A program made the translations under genes and the position numbers. A stretch of 64,000 bases of DNA. It comes from Psammoneis japonica (lineage: Eukaryota). Below are positions 34,226 through 47,754 of the stretch, piece by piece. Position 1 is the stretch's first letter. Every line of letters begins with the position of its first letter. The stretch is from positions 962,404 through 1,026,403 of the forward strand of contig QPGO01000001.1 in NCBI GenBank assembly GCA_008632985.1, given 5' to 3'. The notes under the pieces were generated by a model that saw only the letters and a list, made by a program, of their open reading frames with translations, was not told the DNA's origin and ran no database searches.

Positions 34226-35519
34226 GGCTTAAACTTTCCTTTTAAGACCTTTCTATATGTCTATCCTTTGACTCAAATTAGAGATTTCTATCAAATAACG
34301 TAATTCGTTGTCAAGACAGCTTCCACCATTGACAGATGCGACGCAACATGCAACGCGTTGCATGCAATGCAGGATTATGAGAGAAAGATACATGCTGTCG
34401 CTCGCTCACGCGTTAACGCTCGCTCACATCACGGTCTGTCTGTCATGTGTGCGTTGAATCGGGGGGTGGATGGCCGGCCAGTGTGTCCAAAAATCGCAAA
34501 AATGGTGAATTTAGTTTCCATCTGTGCGACGCACAGACGCAAGCAAGGACAACCATGGCATGACGAACCACCAGAGTGCGGATTTGGAACGAGCTTGATT
34601 CTCCGATGGTTCGTCTCTCCGATCCGTTGCATTGTTTGGTTTCACGCACTGTCCCATGACAAAGCACACAGCACGTGCTGTGTGTCACACAGTCAAGCTG
34701 CAGCTGCACTGTGGGGCAGACGTGCTCCAGCTCCAGGTGGGACCTCGCACCACTGAACTGTGACATCAACAGTTTTTTTGGATGGCGCCGCATGTTGCAC
34801 ACACAGATGGCTGTGTGTGATGTTCTATGAAAATGTTTAAAAACAAGTGTGAAGGAGAGGAGATGCGCGTTCACAAAATTGCCTTTTTTTTTTGTTGGCG
34901 ATCATTCGTGTCTTCATTGCTCAACAAATTTGCTGTGGAGCTTGCACATGGAATTCTACGGGCCCAATGTCACACAGAGTTCCACACAGGACTGAAGCCA
35001 ATCAGCAAAAGAGAACAAGGTGTTGTGAGTGCGAGAACTTTCAACATGCAGAGAGGGTGCCAAAAGCAATCGCAGGAAAGTTGGTTGAAAAAGCATGAAG
35101 CGAAATGCTTCTAAAGCATTGAGTCATCATGCACGAGTGGGGACAAACACCAGTCTGATGATGCCAAAATGTCAAAAAAAATGTGATGGATTTAAAGGTG
35201 TCACTGTCTCAGCTAAATCCCAATTTTTGTTCCTGTCATGAGATGAAGACCATGGCACAAATGACGTGTGTGCATTCATTGGATGCAACTGTGCCATCCA
35301 CAGTGGAAACAAACCAAGTGGTCACAGACTTGTGCATGCCACGGTTGTGAGAGCACTGCAAAAAGTCCCACTGCCTCTTGGCATGTCTGGGTGCAGCGTG
35401 TCAGTGAACAGCAACAACAAACCCCACACAGCTGTCGTGTTGAGCACCATCTTGTTGTTGTGTGACAACACTCTTGACTTGATTGACCATGCAGTCATCC
35501 ATGTGTGAACAACCAAGTC

Positions 35520-36780
35520 CCATGGTGGGAGAAGCGGTGTTTTTGTTCATTCATTTTCAGTGTTGCATTGGACGCAAGTTCAAGTTGTGACATCATGTGC
35601 TGCAAATCATGCAGCTTTCTACGTGGCAAACATGTGAAATCATCCAAGATGCACCCTCAAGCAACCAGGATGTGGTGATGAAAACCGCCAAAAGCAACCC
35701 GGATGCACAGATTCTTAATTTGTCAAAACCAGGCAATCTTGCTGCATTTGGCCAGCCATCCACCTTGCAGCAGTGTCCACCCACACCACCCCAACCAAGC
35801 CTCACTCCACCCAATCTTGGAGAGCAAAGTGACAAATGTCAACATGTTGTGTGCTGCATTGGGTGGGTTGGCTGGCATTGGCCATCATCATTGACGCACC
35901 TTTGTCTTTGCAGATGAGCACAGCTTGAGTCTGAGGCACAACGAGTTTGTCAAGAACAGATTGCAGGCACAAATTCATCTTCCCAGTGTTGGGTGCAGCA
36001 ATGAACTCAGCTTCTGGTGACAAAAAAACCTGAGTTTCATGTTTAAAGTGCTGCTGCACTTCCACCCTGCAACTCCGGCAACAAGCTGCCCCCAGCATGT
36101 CATGTGATGTGGCAGGGGCTTGCAACAATTGGTTGAGATTGATGCCACAAGGCTGTGGCATCCACCAAAAACAGCTGACAACAACAAAAACAGGACCAGC
36201 ACAACGAGACTTCAAAAAAGGAAAGCGCTCAATGCATTGATTGAGCCATCTTCCTGGGATCATGTCTGATGGCAAAGGCAAAATGGGCAGTCTAAAGAGC
36301 AAGACCTGAGGGGGCTGTTGCAGTGCTCAGTGTCAGGTGCACATGCCACTTCTTCAGCGCCTTTTGCTTGTCATCCATTGTGATGTTTGTTGGGCATTGA
36401 GCAGCTCCCCATGTGACTTGACTTTTGCTGCGTGTGGTTGGCTGGGCTCAGCTTGCAAGCACACTGCCATTGTCCATGTTGTTTCTGCCAAGTTTGACCA
36501 GTGAGAATGACATCACATCTGCAAAACCTGGTGCCCACAACCAACCAGCACAGTCTTTGTGCAGAGCCCAGCAATGAGCAGGGCTGATGCGCTGCTGTGA
36601 TGAGGATGGCTGATGTCTGCAGAGTGCTGCGACAGCACATTGTCACCTCCCAGACCCAGGAAAAAATGACATGTTGCCTCAACAACATCATGAACAACCC
36701 ATCACATTTTCTTCTGGGTCTGGGGTGCGTCATGAAAAAATCATGCAACACGCGTTCGTCGACACACATGATGTGTCAAC
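35520..36780 (-). mobile_element. Decayed Ty1/copia RT-RNase H remnant
   Basis: ORF 35802..36302(-) 'LSPEAEFIAA...LCLQSVLDKL..PQ...ICKDKGA.MMANASQPT...HVDICHFALQDWVE' matches copia RNase H (SteAE, eDN.ga, HidiryhF). Tyr positions read Cys. Confidence 0.75.
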
Positions 36781-37002
36781 ATCCGATCGGTGCAACACAA
36801 AAAGATTTGCGCGGTGACACAGTCAATTGTGTTCACAGTTGTGGTGAGATTCCTGATTCCCCACTCAAAGCACGTTCACGCACACGGCTCACGGCCGGCT
36901 CACGGCTCACCGTACCGTACTGGAGTTTTCTCTCGCACAAACTTACTGTACTGTAGCTTCAACAACAGCAACACGACACAAACAACAACGACAACAACAA
37001 CC

Positions 37003-38648
37003 ATGTCTTCTGACGATGAGGACGATCTCTTTGGAAGCTCTGGTGATGATACGGATGCGCTGATTGCCGATGCCAAGAAGAAGGCAGCTCCGATTGCCAA
37101 GAAAAAGCCCAAGCGTTTGCAGAAAAAATCGGCCGTGAAGAAGCGTAAACGGGATTCCAAGATTCCTGGTGAGCAGCGCTTATAATGACTTGTTGTTGTT
37201 GTTGTTGTTGCTATTTTTGCAGTCTTTATGATTTGTAATGAAAAGCTAATCATCATCATCTTCTTTTTTTGTATCTGTCTATTCTATCATTCAATTAAAA
37301 AATAAAATTCAGATGCAGACGATGGTTCTTCTGACGAAGATGAAGGGTTGTTTGATGATTCTGACGATGAAAAGGAGAAAGAAAGTAAAAAGAAACCCAT
37401 GTCAAGAAGGAGCGCATGGAGGCACTTCAAGCCAAGAAGCGTCAGGAAATGGGAATCGTGGATGAAAAGAAGAAGAGACCCAAAAAGAAGAAAACAGACG
37501 GTGGTGAAGAGGAAGAAAAGGGTTATGATTCGGGTGATAGTTACAATTCGGCCGAGTATGTTCGTACCCAGGAAGACAATGACTTTATTGACGCGGACGA
37601 TGATGACCCCGATGCTGTCAAGGAGCTTTATGCAGAGCAGCACTTTGATGACGAACGTCCGGATGGATCGGATGATAACGAGGACATGCCCAAGAAGAAA
37701 AAGAAAAAGGGATCATCCAAGAGTCGTGCCAAGGGCCCGGATGCGCTCAGCGACAATGAGGATGATGATAATCCCATTATGGCTGCCGTGAGGAGGATGA
37801 AAAAGAAGAAGAAAAAGGAAGTCAAGGCGATCGAGTTGGAAGAAGAAGCCAAGTCCTTTCTCAACAAAATGGAGGCCGCCGCAGAAGAGGATGAAAAGGC
37901 TGTGGAGGAACGCCGACCCGCTACGAAGAAGCTTCAAATGTTGAACGAGGTGTTGGACATGTTGGCGAGGCAGGATATTTTGCGCATCTTACTGGATTTC
38001 GATCTCTTGATGTTTTGTAAGAGGTGGATTCAGCCATTACCCAATGGATCTCTCGGGAACATTACAGTGAGGTCGAAAATCATTCACGCAGTGAGCAAGA
38101 TGAATGGTGAGAATGGAATCACGAGCGATGATCTCAAACGGAGTGCCTTTGGTAAAGTGGTGATGACTTTATACATGCACAAGAGTGAGACTCCGGCTAT
38201 GAAGCAGCAGTTGAAGAAGCTTATTGAACAATGGAGTCGTCCCATTTTCCGCAAGAGCGGCGACTTGAGAGATTTGAACGTCGCGGAACGCAGTCAGGGT
38301 GGATTGGTGGGAATCGCCATGGCGCATCAACAGCAACAACAAGCATTGGAGGCTGCTGCCAAGGGAAGTGCTGCCAAGAAGGAACAGGATTTGCAGTCGC
38401 TGATTGCGTCGGGTTCCAAAGGAACGCGCGATTTGGGAACGAATCGTGTGCAGATTCCCTATAGCAAGGGAATGCACTACACCAAAGCGCCATCGGCAAG
38501 GACGGGAGTTGTGAAGGATAGTCGATTGTCATCAGGTGCGAGAGAGAATCGTAGCAGGCTAAACAAACGCATGATTGAGAAGGGTCGCGCCTCTACAAAG
38601 AACCAGAGGAGCGCCAACATTAGCATAGAAGGAAGGCCTACAAAATAG
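37003..38648 (+). CDS. IWS1: Transcription elongation factor IWS1/Spn1; intron 37169-37312; apparent 1-nt indel near 37404
   Basis: Acidic/basic N-terminus; conserved 'WIQPLPNGSLGN', 'GKVVMTLY..KSET....LIEQWSRPI'; GT...AG intron keeps the frame. Confidence 0.9.
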
Positions 38649-39275
38649 CATTGGTGGTTGGTGGATCCTTACCAGTTGAGAGGTAATAAAGAAATAGATT
38701 GTACTGTATGAGTGTGCGTTTTCTAATTGCAAACTATCTACGCTAAAACAAGTGTGGGGACTTGATTGTCTGCGACAAATGCTTGGAAGATACTGTTTGC
38801 TCCATTTTTGTTGCAAACCAGGATCCGTTCTTGCAAATCCACGGGAAGCATTCTGCTGTGAGAAAAGTTTCAGTGCCTGCGGTCATTGCGACAAACACGG
38901 TTTTGGAGATTGCAGTGACTTATCGGGTCGCGTTTGCTCCCCTTTGGGGCTACTGCCTTTCATTCATGTTGAACGTGGTCTCTAGAGGCTTGTATGGCTT
39001 CGGAACTAATGAGGGGTGCGGAGAATTTCATTGCAAAAGTTGTCTGCAGGATGGGTTTTTGCTTCAAATGAAGAAGAGAAGGCGCAAATAACTCGAATCT
39101 TTATGAGGCTTGATTTCAAATATATTCACTTCGTGCAATTGGTCCTCTAATGGGAGAGTGCAGGAGTAGTAGTCATTCTATATAATGCATGTATCTTACG
39201 AATACAGAGAGTAAGTGTTAAGTCCCAGCAGTACGACCAGCCCAAATCGTCACGACAAGCTACCGGTGAGGGCGG

Positions 39276-41831
39276 TTAGTGCTTTGGCCACCCAACCATT
39301 CCCGAAGAATAAACACCTCCCATTGACTGAATACTCAAGGATGCAAAAGTCATGTTCAACTTGACCTCGTCAAATGCAGCAAACATTCCCGATTCTGTTC
39401 GATCGCCGGTTGAACAAGAGTCTGTCGCTGTCGTGCTTCCATTGGTATGCGGAGCAAAGCTAAGGCGGCAGTCTGAGTTTGGACTCGCGTATGCAGTTAC
39501 GTAGAAAGCTGTCGAAGGAGTGTTTTCGGCCTTGTTTGAAAGCCAATATTGGTATGGACGAAAAGATCTTCGTGTCATGGTGGACCCTTTGTTCCATGCT
39601 ACCTGAACGTCTACGGAGTCTGCGGCATCAATCATGTGCTCCAGAGCACTCTTCGTCGCGCCATTGAACGACAGCATGCGCTTTTCGTAGGTGTTCTCGG
39701 AACAAGAGCAGCAGTCCCAGTTCCACGAGACGCTGAAATGTAGGGGCAAAGGTGCTGCGTTATCTCGTGTAGCTTGAAGATCAGTCAAGAACTTAACTTG
39801 AGCTGCTTCGTTCTCCGAGTCGCAGCTCTTTATACTTGTGAAATAATCATTGTTGACCGAGACGCCATCGAATTTTCCTGTCGCTGTCCCACACTTGGAA
39901 TTGAAATCATTGGCGTATCGAACCATGCTTTGTTCGCTAAAGTCAGCATCACTTACTGCAAAAAGTGCATACACCTCAATTCCTTCAGCGTGGGCTTCTT
40001 CGAGGGCAGCAACAAGAATTTCGTCACAAGTTTTTGATGAGTCTTTGTACCCGTTGTGATTGATTCTGCTGTCAACATCGGACAGGAATATTCTTCCAAC
40101 CTCGCGGCTTGGAATGGCACTGCTCGCCCAGAGAGCCGTACGCGCCTCGGAGGTGTCCCATGAGTGACTAAAGCAACGAGCGTTGTCTCCAGTTTTGTTG
40201 GGTGGATATACACCGTTGCATTCAGGCGCATCAATGTTAAAGACTAAATTGCGTTTGGAATGATGTGAGTGGTAAACCAGTATACAATCGATGAGCCAAT
40301 AACAACATGTTGGCATACTCACCGTTGGTCCAAACATACATTCCGTACGCATGTTGAATAGGGTAGGGTTGGTTTGTGGGCGACAGCGTCGGCGCCTTTG
40401 ATGGCGATAACGAGGGAGATGAGCTTGGAGAAATTGTTGGTGGAGGAGTCGGTGCCTTCGACGGGGACAACGACGGCATAGAGCTTGGTTGAATCGATGG
40501 AGATGGTGTCGGTGAACTTGAAGGCTCAGCTGTCGGCGACTGTGTTGGTGAAGTAGTGGGTGATATCGTTGGGAAACGCGTTGGAGACTTTGTAGGTAAA
40601 CGGGTAGGTGGAATCGATGGTGACGCTGACGGTGTCAAAGTCGGCACATTAGTTGGTGATAATGTTGGAGAGGCAGTTGGCGAGGGTGTTTCGTAGTGTT
40701 TTGGCCATCCCGCCATTCCTGACGAGAAAACACCACCCATAAAATGAATTCCTCCGGACAAACTTGTCATGTTGCTTTGAACCTCGTCAAATGCTGCAAA
40801 CATGCCTGATTCTGTTCGATCGCCGGTTGAACACGAGTCTGTTGCGTTTTCGCTTCCCTTGGTATGCGGAGCAAAGCTAAGGTTACAGTTTGAGTTTGGG
40901 TTCGTATATGCCAGAACATAGAAAGCTGTGGAAGAAGTAGACCCAGCCTTGTTTGAAAGCCAATACTGGTAAGGGCGGAAGGATCTTCTTGTCATGGTGG
41001 ATCCCTTGTTGTACGCTGCTTGAATGTCAACGGAGTCTGCGATGTCAATCATGTGCTCCAGAGCACTCTTCGTCGCGCCGTTGAACGACAGCATGCGCTT
41101 TTCGTAGGTGTTCTCGGAACAAGAGCAGCAGTCCCAGTTCCACGAGACGCTGAAATGTAGTGGCAAAGGTCCTGCGTTATCTCGTGTAGCTTGAAGGTTT
41201 GTTAAGAATTGTACCTGAGCTGCTTCATTACCGGAGACGCAAGATTTGATGCTTGTGAAGTATTCATTGTTAACTGAAACACCGTCAAACTTGCCATTCG
41301 TAGTACCGCAATTGGAATTGAAATCGTCCACGAAGCCCACCATGTGTTGTTCACTGAATTCTTCATCGCTCGCCCCGAAGAGAGCATAGACTTCAATTGC
41401 TTCAGAATGCGCTTCTTCCAACATTGCGACTAAAGTTTCGTCACAGGTATTGCTGCTATCCATGTAGCCATTAAAGTTGATCCGGTTTTTCACATCAGAC
41501 AGGAAAATGCGCCCAACTTCTCGGTTTGAGATTTTAGTGCTAGCCCAGATTCTCGACCTTGCTTCATGCGTGTCCCAAGAGTGATCGAAACAGAGAGCGT
41601 TACTTCCAGTTTTGTCTGGCGGGTAGACACCATTGCATTCAGGGGCATCAACGTTGAACGCTACACTTGCCGCGCGTTCCAAAACAGTGTAAGAGGTCAA
41701 CCAGTGGCACGATCAATCAGGCAGCAACATTCGTTTTGATTCTCACCGTTGGTCCAAACATACATGCCATATTTCTCCTGCATCCCAAACGATTGCGTTA
41801 TTGCGCCAATAATCAACAGAGCGAGCAGCAT
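39276..41831 (-). CDS. Secreted protein (~796 aa) with two tandem homologous ~350-aa domains joined by a Pro/Thr/Ser linker; introns 41661-41746 and 40244-40322
   Basis: Signal peptide MLLALLIIGAITQSFG. Splicing both GT-AG introns gives one open frame (2391 nt). Both domains read YGMYVWTN|xFNxDAPECNG...GWPKH. Confidence 0.8.
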
Positions 41832-42959
41832 GGTAGTCAGGGCACAAGCTGATCTTGTCAGCAATCGTTATTTATTGTGGGAGATCTTTTCCGCACAGGA
41901 TAGATGGAAGATGCGCCGACCCTCATCCTTTCGCGAATAATCCACTGTCTCATTCCTGGGTTGTTTGAATTCTTGTTTCATATTTCAAAAAAATGTCAAT
42001 GTTGTGGTAAGTCTGTGCAGTAAGTACTGCTATCACAATTCTCCGTGAACAAGACAGATACGAAGAGAGAAGGCAATAATTGCACTTATGCAAGTAGAAT
42101 GACAAAGTGTATTCACCTAACTTTTCAACATACACACATTTATTCGGAAATGTCACATTATGTCGCGCGTATATGCCCCTAATCCCGCGTGATACTCACG
42201 GATTCTCTTTTGCAAAATCACTTTGGTTTCGCATCAATTTGGACTACAAAACATTATCTTTCTCCTCAAAATCTGAGAAAAGACTCATAATGTTAAGATT
42301 TGTGTGAATGGCATCCGAAGATTGTCCGAAGCAAGATACACACACAACCCGCGGAACGGTTTTGCGACACTTTGACTTTTGTTGAAGGCGCTCATGACTC
42401 CTCATGAGGTCACGAGTGGCTGGGATTGAGGCGCTGCAGACACAGTGTCTCTTGAGAGTGTGGAGGGGAGTGCAGTGCGTGCATCTGAGCCGAAATCAGC
42501 CAAGATTGGTGCATCGCCACCAGCAGCAGGTGTGCCCCATGTGCCATGTCCTCCTGATCCTCCCCCCCCAGGGAACAAGAGAGCCACATTCTTGGTGCTG
42601 GGGGTGCACTTTGTGCCTCACTTGTTTTGCACTTCATTTCCTCACTGGCAGCACAATCATGAAGAAGAATGAAAAGGAGAAAAAAGGAGAACAGCTTTGC
42701 ACAGCTGAGGAAACAAAGAGAACAGGGTGCATCTCTTGAGCTGTGGTCTCAAAGAAGCAATGACGATGGCACAACAACTGTCTCTCATCTTGTTGCGCTG
42801 CCACCAGCCACATGCTTGCCAAGCAAAAGCCATCAACCCAAGACATCTGCAATGTGCAGGATGCCCCCTGGCATGATGAGTGCCGCCATTTGGTGTGCTT
42901 TTCAATGGGGCCAACCCAAGACCACAAAAAGGTGATTTTTAAATGGTGTGCGTGCGCGA

Positions 42960-44198
42960 GACTTGTTCCAGACTCAGGTGGCGCGCGCACATGCCCCTTT
43001 TTGCAGAAAAAATAATTTTTTATGCTTCACTCAACATCGCACACATTTCATTGCATTGATCACATTAATTGCTCACAAGCAAAACAAACAGAACAACAAT
43101 GGGAATCATTCGGGTTCTGAGAGTCATCATGCAGAAATTGTGCAGGAGAGCACTGAAAACAATTGTCATCAGTCTGTCCATCTATCCGCACACAAATGTC
43201 AACTTCTCGGGAAATCAATTGAAATGCCATCTGATTGACGGCATTTTGATTCACATGGTGAAGGCCAACACCGTCAACCAGATGGCATTTCAACTCAGTT
43301 TCCGAAAAGTCATTAGCTCCAATCACTCTCTCGCATGACATTGTGCACATTTCTGCATGATTTTGTGTTTTTCCTCATGCAAAATGTCAATTGTGACCCA
43401 CGAGACATTTTCGAATGATTCCTGTTGCTTGAACAAACAAACAGCCAAACCGGCCATGGCTTTCAGCGACCATGACGGCCCACTTTTTTCAGCCTTGTGG
43501 AAAATTTAATGTCATGACGAGGACCTCTGCATTTGACACAGTCCAAGGCATCAACAACAACAGTGAAAGTGCTTGTTGTAGGCTGCAGCGCGGCACAACA
43601 ATGCCAAATTGTCAGCAACAACAATTGAGCCTCAATTCACTCACAATTTGCCTCCAAGGACCATTTCTTTGCCATTGCCATGTGCATTTCCTCAACACAT
43701 TCGACTGATTGAAGTGCATCAATCATTTGTGCCTTTCAACAGTGAAATGGTCCGAAGTCATGCCATTGCTTGGGCTGAGCTGCCCTTCTTCTCACGTTGT
43801 CAGAAACTCATTAAAACAACGCATGTTTTGTTCGATCCATTGAATGACAGTTGCATTCGCGCATTTTAACCAAAGATTAATTGTGCTGTGTTGGAGGTTC
43901 AATTTGTGTGTGAGAGTGACATTTCACGCGTTTCTTCACACATTGAGACATCTGCAAATCGCTCCTTGGAAAACAGAGCTCTCAACTTACGGCGCAATTT
44001 AGCAACTGACAGCTGAGTCCATCCACAGTTTCGAACACATGGGCACACGCACAAGACCTTTCTGCATGTGCCCACAACAACACATTTGAAAATTGTTGTG
44101 TTTTTACTGTCAAAAATGGCGCCGCAAGTGTGGACCGCGCGTTTCATGCAAAAGGGTCATTTTTTCGCGCGTGAGCGCACCTGAGTCTGGAACAAGTC
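42960..44198. mobile_element. Non-autonomous TIR element, ~1.24 kb, 21-bp perfect TIR
   Basis: gacttgttccagactcaggtg (42960-42980) and cacctgagtctggaacaagtc (44178-44198); related to the TIR at 28285. Confidence 0.8.
43203..43309. repeat. Long imperfect inverted repeat (hairpin)
   Basis: ttgaaatgccatctgattgacgg pairs with ccgtcaaccagatggcatttcaa; ~29-nt loop. Confidence 0.8.
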
Positions 44199-45544
44199 AT
44201 GAGCTGAAAAAAGAACACCTCTTTTGCTGTCACTTGGTCTCAAGCACGAGCCCTCAACAGAAAAATGCAAAGCCAGACATGCAACGTGCAGCACATGTGC
44301 ACCTGGCTTTGTTGCCACCACACCAAGCAAGGCTCAGCACACTGGTGTGGAAGCCACTTCACTTCTTCAAAAAGTTCAAAATTTATGCTCTCCAGCTTCT
44401 CCAGAGAATTGAGGCACATGCACTGTTCACAGCATTTCTTGTGCACCAGCCAGTGTCAAAGTTGCAAGCTGTCACACAGCAGCCTGACCTCCATTGCAAG
44501 GACTGGGCTGAGTTCCCCTTTCTCTCAGCTCTTTCCTTCATGAAACAAAAAAGAGGAGCATTTGCTGTCATGCTGCAAACCGGCTCAAAAAAGTGCTCAC
44601 AAGGCGAAGCACTGCAACGAGCATTGTTGCCCCACAAAAATGGGCAGCCCAGCTCAGCCTTGAAGCAGCATTTCTGCTGGCTTCAAGTGGATGGCACAAG
44701 TGTGAAAATGCCCTGTCATCTCCTCATCAACACAATGAAGCACTCATTGTTGGAAGCCCTCCTCTCTGTGCTGCTTGTGCTGGCACAAGCATTTTTGTGA
44801 TTCTCCCGGCCGCTTGCAAGACATTCTTTGCTGCAGCATCAAGCAAAGTCACAATGGCTGCAAACCATGGTGTGCTTGGATTGCCCGACACCACTGCACA
44901 GCTCTGATGGAGGAGCAAAGTTGTTCTTCATGAAAGCACACCCCCTCGAACACAACCACACTGAGGCAAGCTGAGCCCACATCTGCACAGAGCTCAAGGG
45001 ATGTACAAATGACTTTGTCCTTGCTGGCTGCAAGAACTGTGGATAAATTGCCACCAACAGCTGACGAATTTGACAACACAGCCACACTGTGGCAGAGCCT
45101 TGCTTGAGATCGCTTTCGGGCTGTGTGTTGCGAGCTGGCACAGTAGACGGTCGGACGGACGGACACAAAAAGACAAAGCTGAAAATGTCATACAGTGCGG
45201 AAGCAAGTGGAACTGTATATGTATTATTTTTAATTAAAATATTTCCAAAGAGTCTTTTGATATTGCCTTATCAAAAAATGTCATAGTCTATTGCTATTGA
45301 TGTTTCGTCATCACGTATTTACTTATTATTTGGCTTTGCGGACATAAATAACTGTCCTTTCAAAGTGTTTGTAACTCTTTACGCAATAGTGTAACTGTTA
45401 GAAAGTGTCCAATGCTAAATGTTCCCGACTCCACAAAATAAATGGATGAACTGAACAGCTGAACTTTGGGTGGCGCTGATCGGTGAGTGCACATCAAACA
45501 TCTCACAATTCGAATCATCGAAGCGAGAGTTGATAAAGCGAAAC

Positions 45545-47754
45545 ATGGAAAACGTAGTTTTCAAAGGAGCGCTTCTCCTTTTGACCTTTGCGCTATGCAA
45601 GTCAGCCGGTACGTCCATGATGTTGTTCTGTAGTGTCGTCATTGTTGCTGTCGACTTCTCGTATTCAGACGACAAAGAACATTAAATAACGAGTCGGTCA
45701 CTTCTTCTCTTTTCTGTTTCAGACATCTCTAAAGAAACTAGTCGTTATAGCGTGGAGGAGGTAAGCATCGTTTTTCACTTCCTTCCGCGATATCCTGACA
45801 GTTCCTTTTGCCAATTTGGCTTGCCCACTCATTTTGCCTCCTTCGTTTCCGTCCATATCTAGCCCGAACTCATGCCAGAAAGCGCTGGCGTGATCGACCG
45901 GAACCTCGGTGGTGTACGTGAATTAAAGCTGCGTGAGGTGATTTTTGCCTCAAACAGCAGTTTCTTACAATATTTCTGTTTCTAAACTGTCGTTTGCAGA
46001 AAGCCAAAACTGCTGCATGTTGCTTTGCGGACGGCAATTGTTTGCTTCTTGAGGAGAACGAGTGTGCGGGCAGAGGCGGAGATCACAAAGGACTTGGTTC
46101 AACCTGCTCGAAGAAGACGTGTCCCGCCGCCTTTGGCGCTTGTTGCAAGGATGACGGGACTTGTAGAAACTACAGCAAAAAGTATTGTGGACGCATCGGC
46201 GGTTCGTTTCAGGGCCCCGGAACCGAATGCAAGGATGGTGCATGCCCACTCCCTACAGAACCCCCGACGTCACTTCCGACCCCTTATAAAGAGGAGGAGA
46301 AGGAGGGCGCCTGTTGTATTACTGGTGATGTTCCATGTATGTCTCTTACTAAGCAATTGTGCGAGGCTGCCTATGGTCAGTTCCAAGGAGTCGGAACAAG
46401 TTGTGACTATGTTTACTGTCCAGTTCCTACGGCGCTTCCGACCGCACCTCCAACCTCACCACCGACCCATTATGAAAAGGACGAGAAGGAGGGCGCCTGC
46501 TGCTTGTCTGGTTCTGTACCATGCATTCCTCTCACGATGACATTGTGTGAGGCTGCCTATGGGGACTTCCAAGGAGTCGGAACAACTTGTGACTATGCAT
46601 ACTGCCCAGTTCCTACTGACCCTCCGACAAAAGCGCCGATCGAACCGCCCACAGAAACTCCCACCCCGGTTTATGAAGAGGATGGGGCATGTTGTGTATC
46701 CGGAAAGAAACCCTGTGTTCCTCTTACGAAGGAAAAGTGTGCAGCTGCCTCAGGTGATTTCAAAGGAATAGGAACAACTTGCGGTAAGGGTATTTGTCGC
46801 AAGCCTAATCCACGAGGCGGATGCTGCTTTCCGTACCTTAATTCATGCAAGAACATTCCAAAGAAAGGTTGTGAAAAAAAGGGAGGAACGTTTCTAGGTG
46901 AAAAGGTTTTCTGTGACAGGTACAACTGTCCGGCCGCCTTTGGATCTTGCTGCCTCAAAAACGGAAAGTGCAAAGTTCTCACAAAGAAAAATGCGAGAAG
47001 AAGTATGGCAAGTACAATGGCCCGGGTACAGAATGTGCGCCTGGAACTGTAAGTCCACAAACAAGTCCGGATTTTTATCATTTGCATTGGCGTTCGATTT
47101 GATTCAACTAACCCCTCGTCATTGCGCTTAAAGTGTGACCCTCCTCGAACTAAGTCTCCGAGCCCATATCCCACCCTGTCACCAACACCGAATGTGAAGG
47201 AACCGAAGGGCGCTTGTTGTGTCCCTGGTTATCACCCTTGCGTCATCCTTACGGAAGAAATGTGTGAAGCTGCTTATGGGGACTTCAAAGGAATTGGAAC
47301 CACTTGCAATGACATCTCCATCTGCTCGACTCCACACCCAACGCCAGCTCCAACAAAGCATAGTGGGAAGTCTGCTTGCTGCTTGCGAAACGGTCGTTGT
47401 GTTGACACCAAACTATTCATCTGCATTCTTTACCATGGCCACTTTAAATTCGGATCATCGTGCGGCGACAGCGGCGCAGTCTGTAAAGCACCGCCCAGTC
47501 CAACACCATCTCCGATGAAACCTGGGGCTTGCTGCAAATCAGGAGGCTCGGGTAGCAGCAAAAGCAAAGGCAAAGGGGGTAGAAGGAGTAGTAGTGGCAG
47601 CAGTGGTAGCGGACGTTGTGATATTGTCTACCACAAGGACGACTGCGACGGAAAATTCTTGGGACCCGGTACCGACTGCAGTGAATGTTCTTCTTCTTCT
47701 TCAAGCAGCAGCCGCAGTAGCTCGTCAAAAGGCAAGGGCGGAAAGTGGTACTAG
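45545..47754 (+). CDS. Secreted Cys-rich 'GACC' repeat protein with Pro/Thr linkers and Ser/Gly/Lys-rich tail; multi-exon; apparent 1-nt indel near 46990
   Basis: Signal peptide MENVVFKGALLLLTFALCKSA; GT-AG introns near 45609-45722, 45761-45862, 45938-45999 and 47049-47133; ~10 repeats GACC..G..C..LT...C....G.F.G.GT.C....C. Confidence 0.75.

Noticed and set aside
35132..36866. gagtgggga / tccccactc as TIRs of a DNA transposon
   Set aside because: Only a 9-bp match with no TSD; could be chance.
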